Position numbers and translations under genes: made by a program. DNA of 64,000 nt. It comes from Takakia lepidozioides (Eukaryota > Plantae > Bryophyta). Shown here in pieces: positions 61,886-64,000 of this stretch. The stretch lies in the NCBI GenBank assembly GCA_030704615.1, contig CM060732.1, positions 42,718,001 to 42,782,000 on the forward strand. Reading direction: 5' to 3'. The notes below the pieces were generated by a model that was not told the DNA's origin, did not search any database, and was given only the letters and a program-made list of their open reading frames with translations. Every line of letters starts with the position of its first letter. Position 1 is the first letter of the stretch.

Positions 61886-64000
61886 CGTGCGCCCATCCAT
61901 ATCTTCTCTATATCTGTATTGACGGTCACAGATCCGTATCTCATCCGTATCCGTACCTTCGGGCACACCTAATTAGTAATCACCGGCTAGATTCTACGGC
62001 CTGACGTCGTCGAGGCAGCAGCTGCACTAGATAAGGACGCTGAGTTACGACTAAAAGATATGGAAGACCCAATGAATTCCTACTCGAGTCATGCTGGAGA
62101 GTTGCATGAGGAGGCCCAACTTACCTGTACTGCAGCAGGCTTGGCCTCCTTATGGAACCGACAATGTTGTGGAGCACGAAACTTCTATACCCGAAAATCA
62201 GCAACATTTTTATGCCTCCTGGCAAGGATTTGCAGACGTGCCTAGAAGAAACGACCGTGGCATTATACCGAACTTCCTCTCGCATCTAAGAATTCTGAGT
62301 CGATGGGTCCGAAGGTTTTTCGCGAGCTTGGGCGGGGCTCTACGATATCCGAGACGGATCCGAAGGAAGATAGCTGAGAGAACTGTGTCCGAGAATGCAA
62401 GTCATATTCTGGCACCGGATTCTAGGGCCCTACAGACAGAGATAGACCAGGACCCTGCAGACGAGAGCCCTTAAATCCGGCCCTACTAGGAATTAAGTGA
62501 ATGGAGGCTGCAGGATGGCGGCTGAAGGCCTCTGATCGAGCAAAGTGCTCTCACGGAGCTGATTTGTCTTCACTCCTCGATTTTCAGACACCGAGGGAGG
62601 GGCAGAGGAGTGTGACACATAAATATCCACGTCCGCCGAAAATTACACGCATGAAAAAAATTAAATTAGATTTAATTTTAGTAATTTGAGAGGGCCTGTG
62701 ATGCATATATTGGTACAAATTTCTTTTCAGATCGTTTTTTATCTTAAGACAGACAGTTTAGGCATTGTACTGCCAAAGCAGGGCAATTTGCGAGTTATCT
62801 GGGAATCGCTAATAAAGCACGTAGGACTTTAGATCATGTCTGAGACGACCATGGAGAAGTTTTGGCGTCAAAATGACCGTAGGGAGCTGCATCGACAGCG
62901 AGTTAGGCTGCCAATTCGGTACCAGTAACGACAACATGCACTTGTTTGAAACATTACATGACGACTGTTCCAGTCCCGGATTGCGATCTCTCTATTCTCC
63001 CGCCTTTCAAGTCCAGTAGGAGCACGCGGCGAGGAGTCTTGGCAATTGGAGGAAACAATATGTATAGCGATGAAATATCGCGACAAAACAAGTGCTGCAT
63101 CGGAGCAAACGACGGATGAATGAGCTTCCCGGCGAAGTTTTGAACTCCTCAATGATGCAAAGTGTGTAGGAGGGAACTCCAGATGATCTGTGACCTAGAC
63201 CCTGGGGGCACCACCCGTATTTTTACTGCCAGGAAGCGGCAGACTGCTTATATGGCAAAACCATGGAAACCAACCAAATGTATGTCTTTTCTTTTCCGAT
63301 TTCCTTGAGATTTTACAAGAAGCTACGGGGCATCTAATTATAATTTGTCACCAAGTTTGGGGATTTTTTGAGGTGATGAAAGACGGCATCAAATTATCAA
63401 GCCAGAGGCAGTTGCGAAAGATGATTAAATGGAATTCTAGTTCATCCAATGGATGAAAATTGGAAATAAGACTTGCAAGCTGGATGGATGAGAAGACAAC
63501 CTAGCGCCAACTGGTCATCCATTGGATGGATGAAAAACCAGATTTATCATTACACCAAGGTTTTCCATCTATGGTTATTATTTTATGGTGATCTATCGTT
63601 TTTAAATTATAGACTCATGTAGGAAATAATAGTTTCAGACTATCCTTCACTAGTTTAAGAGGCCCCAAAAACATAATAAAAGAAGAGCATGCTCCTCGAT
63701 TAATTGAGCCCCAAACAATCTTGATGGCATCTTAGTTCTATCCATGATGTTTATTTTAGACAGGATTTAGCAAGCTAATTTCAGGAGCAGTAGCCTAGTG
63801 GGGATGAAAGCACTAGAGGAGAATGGCTCAACAGGTTAATTATGTTAATAACTTCCTCTACTTTGAACCTCTAAGGTCATGTAATATCTTTAATAGATGG
63901 GGCTTTATGTATGACCAATTCTAGTGACGACTCAAGGTTGGAGACTAGTTTTACTGTAGAGCATGAATAGGGTGCCATAGTGCCACGTCATCATCGTCAT

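Noticed and set aside
63791-63801. Pol III A-box-like TAGCCTAGTGG
   Set aside because: No B box at a suitable distance.

Overview
Repeat-rich eukaryotic nuclear DNA, most likely from a non-seed land plant (moss, liverwort, lycophyte or fern). This is inferred from GT-AG introns, PLS-type PPR remnants, chromovirus LTR elements, an HSPA12-type Hsp70 and a cyanobacterial-type plastid protein. Three host genes look intact: a 4-exon HAD-IIIB acid phosphatase (+, 7615-10960), a 2-exon plastid-targeted uncharacterised protein (-, 43819-44760) and the 7-exon splicing factor crooked neck/CLF1/SYF3 (-, 46321-50033). Pseudogenes include several PPR remnants, an AIFM2/FSP1-like oxidoreductase fragment and an HSPA12-like gene with one in-frame stop. 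Mobile DNA includes a decayed L1-like LINE plus a second 3' fragment, a MULE-like MITE with a 9-bp TSD, two full-length Ty3/gypsy chromoviruses with LTRs, PBS, PPT and 5-bp TSDs, CACTA-like ends and a tRNA-derived SINE. The most interesting region is about 13.4-27.3 kb, a decayed DNA transposon. It encodes a Sola-like (DUF7869-type) DDD transposase on the minus strand. Divergently from it lie an acidic protein with Pol II CTD-like Ser-Pro-x-Tyr repeats and a multi-exon protein with a ParB/Srx-like N-terminal domain and a degenerate DNA amino-methyltransferase-like C-terminal segment. Seven to eight copies of a 26-32 bp palindrome (GAACCTCCACTG-NN-CAGTGGAGGTTC) are scattered through non-coding, mostly intronic, parts of the element and were not seen elsewhere in the window. 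This suggests an element-encoded protein with its own cognate binding sites (parS-like, or VANC-like anti-silencing). All domain calls are by-eye motif recognition; no database searches were run.
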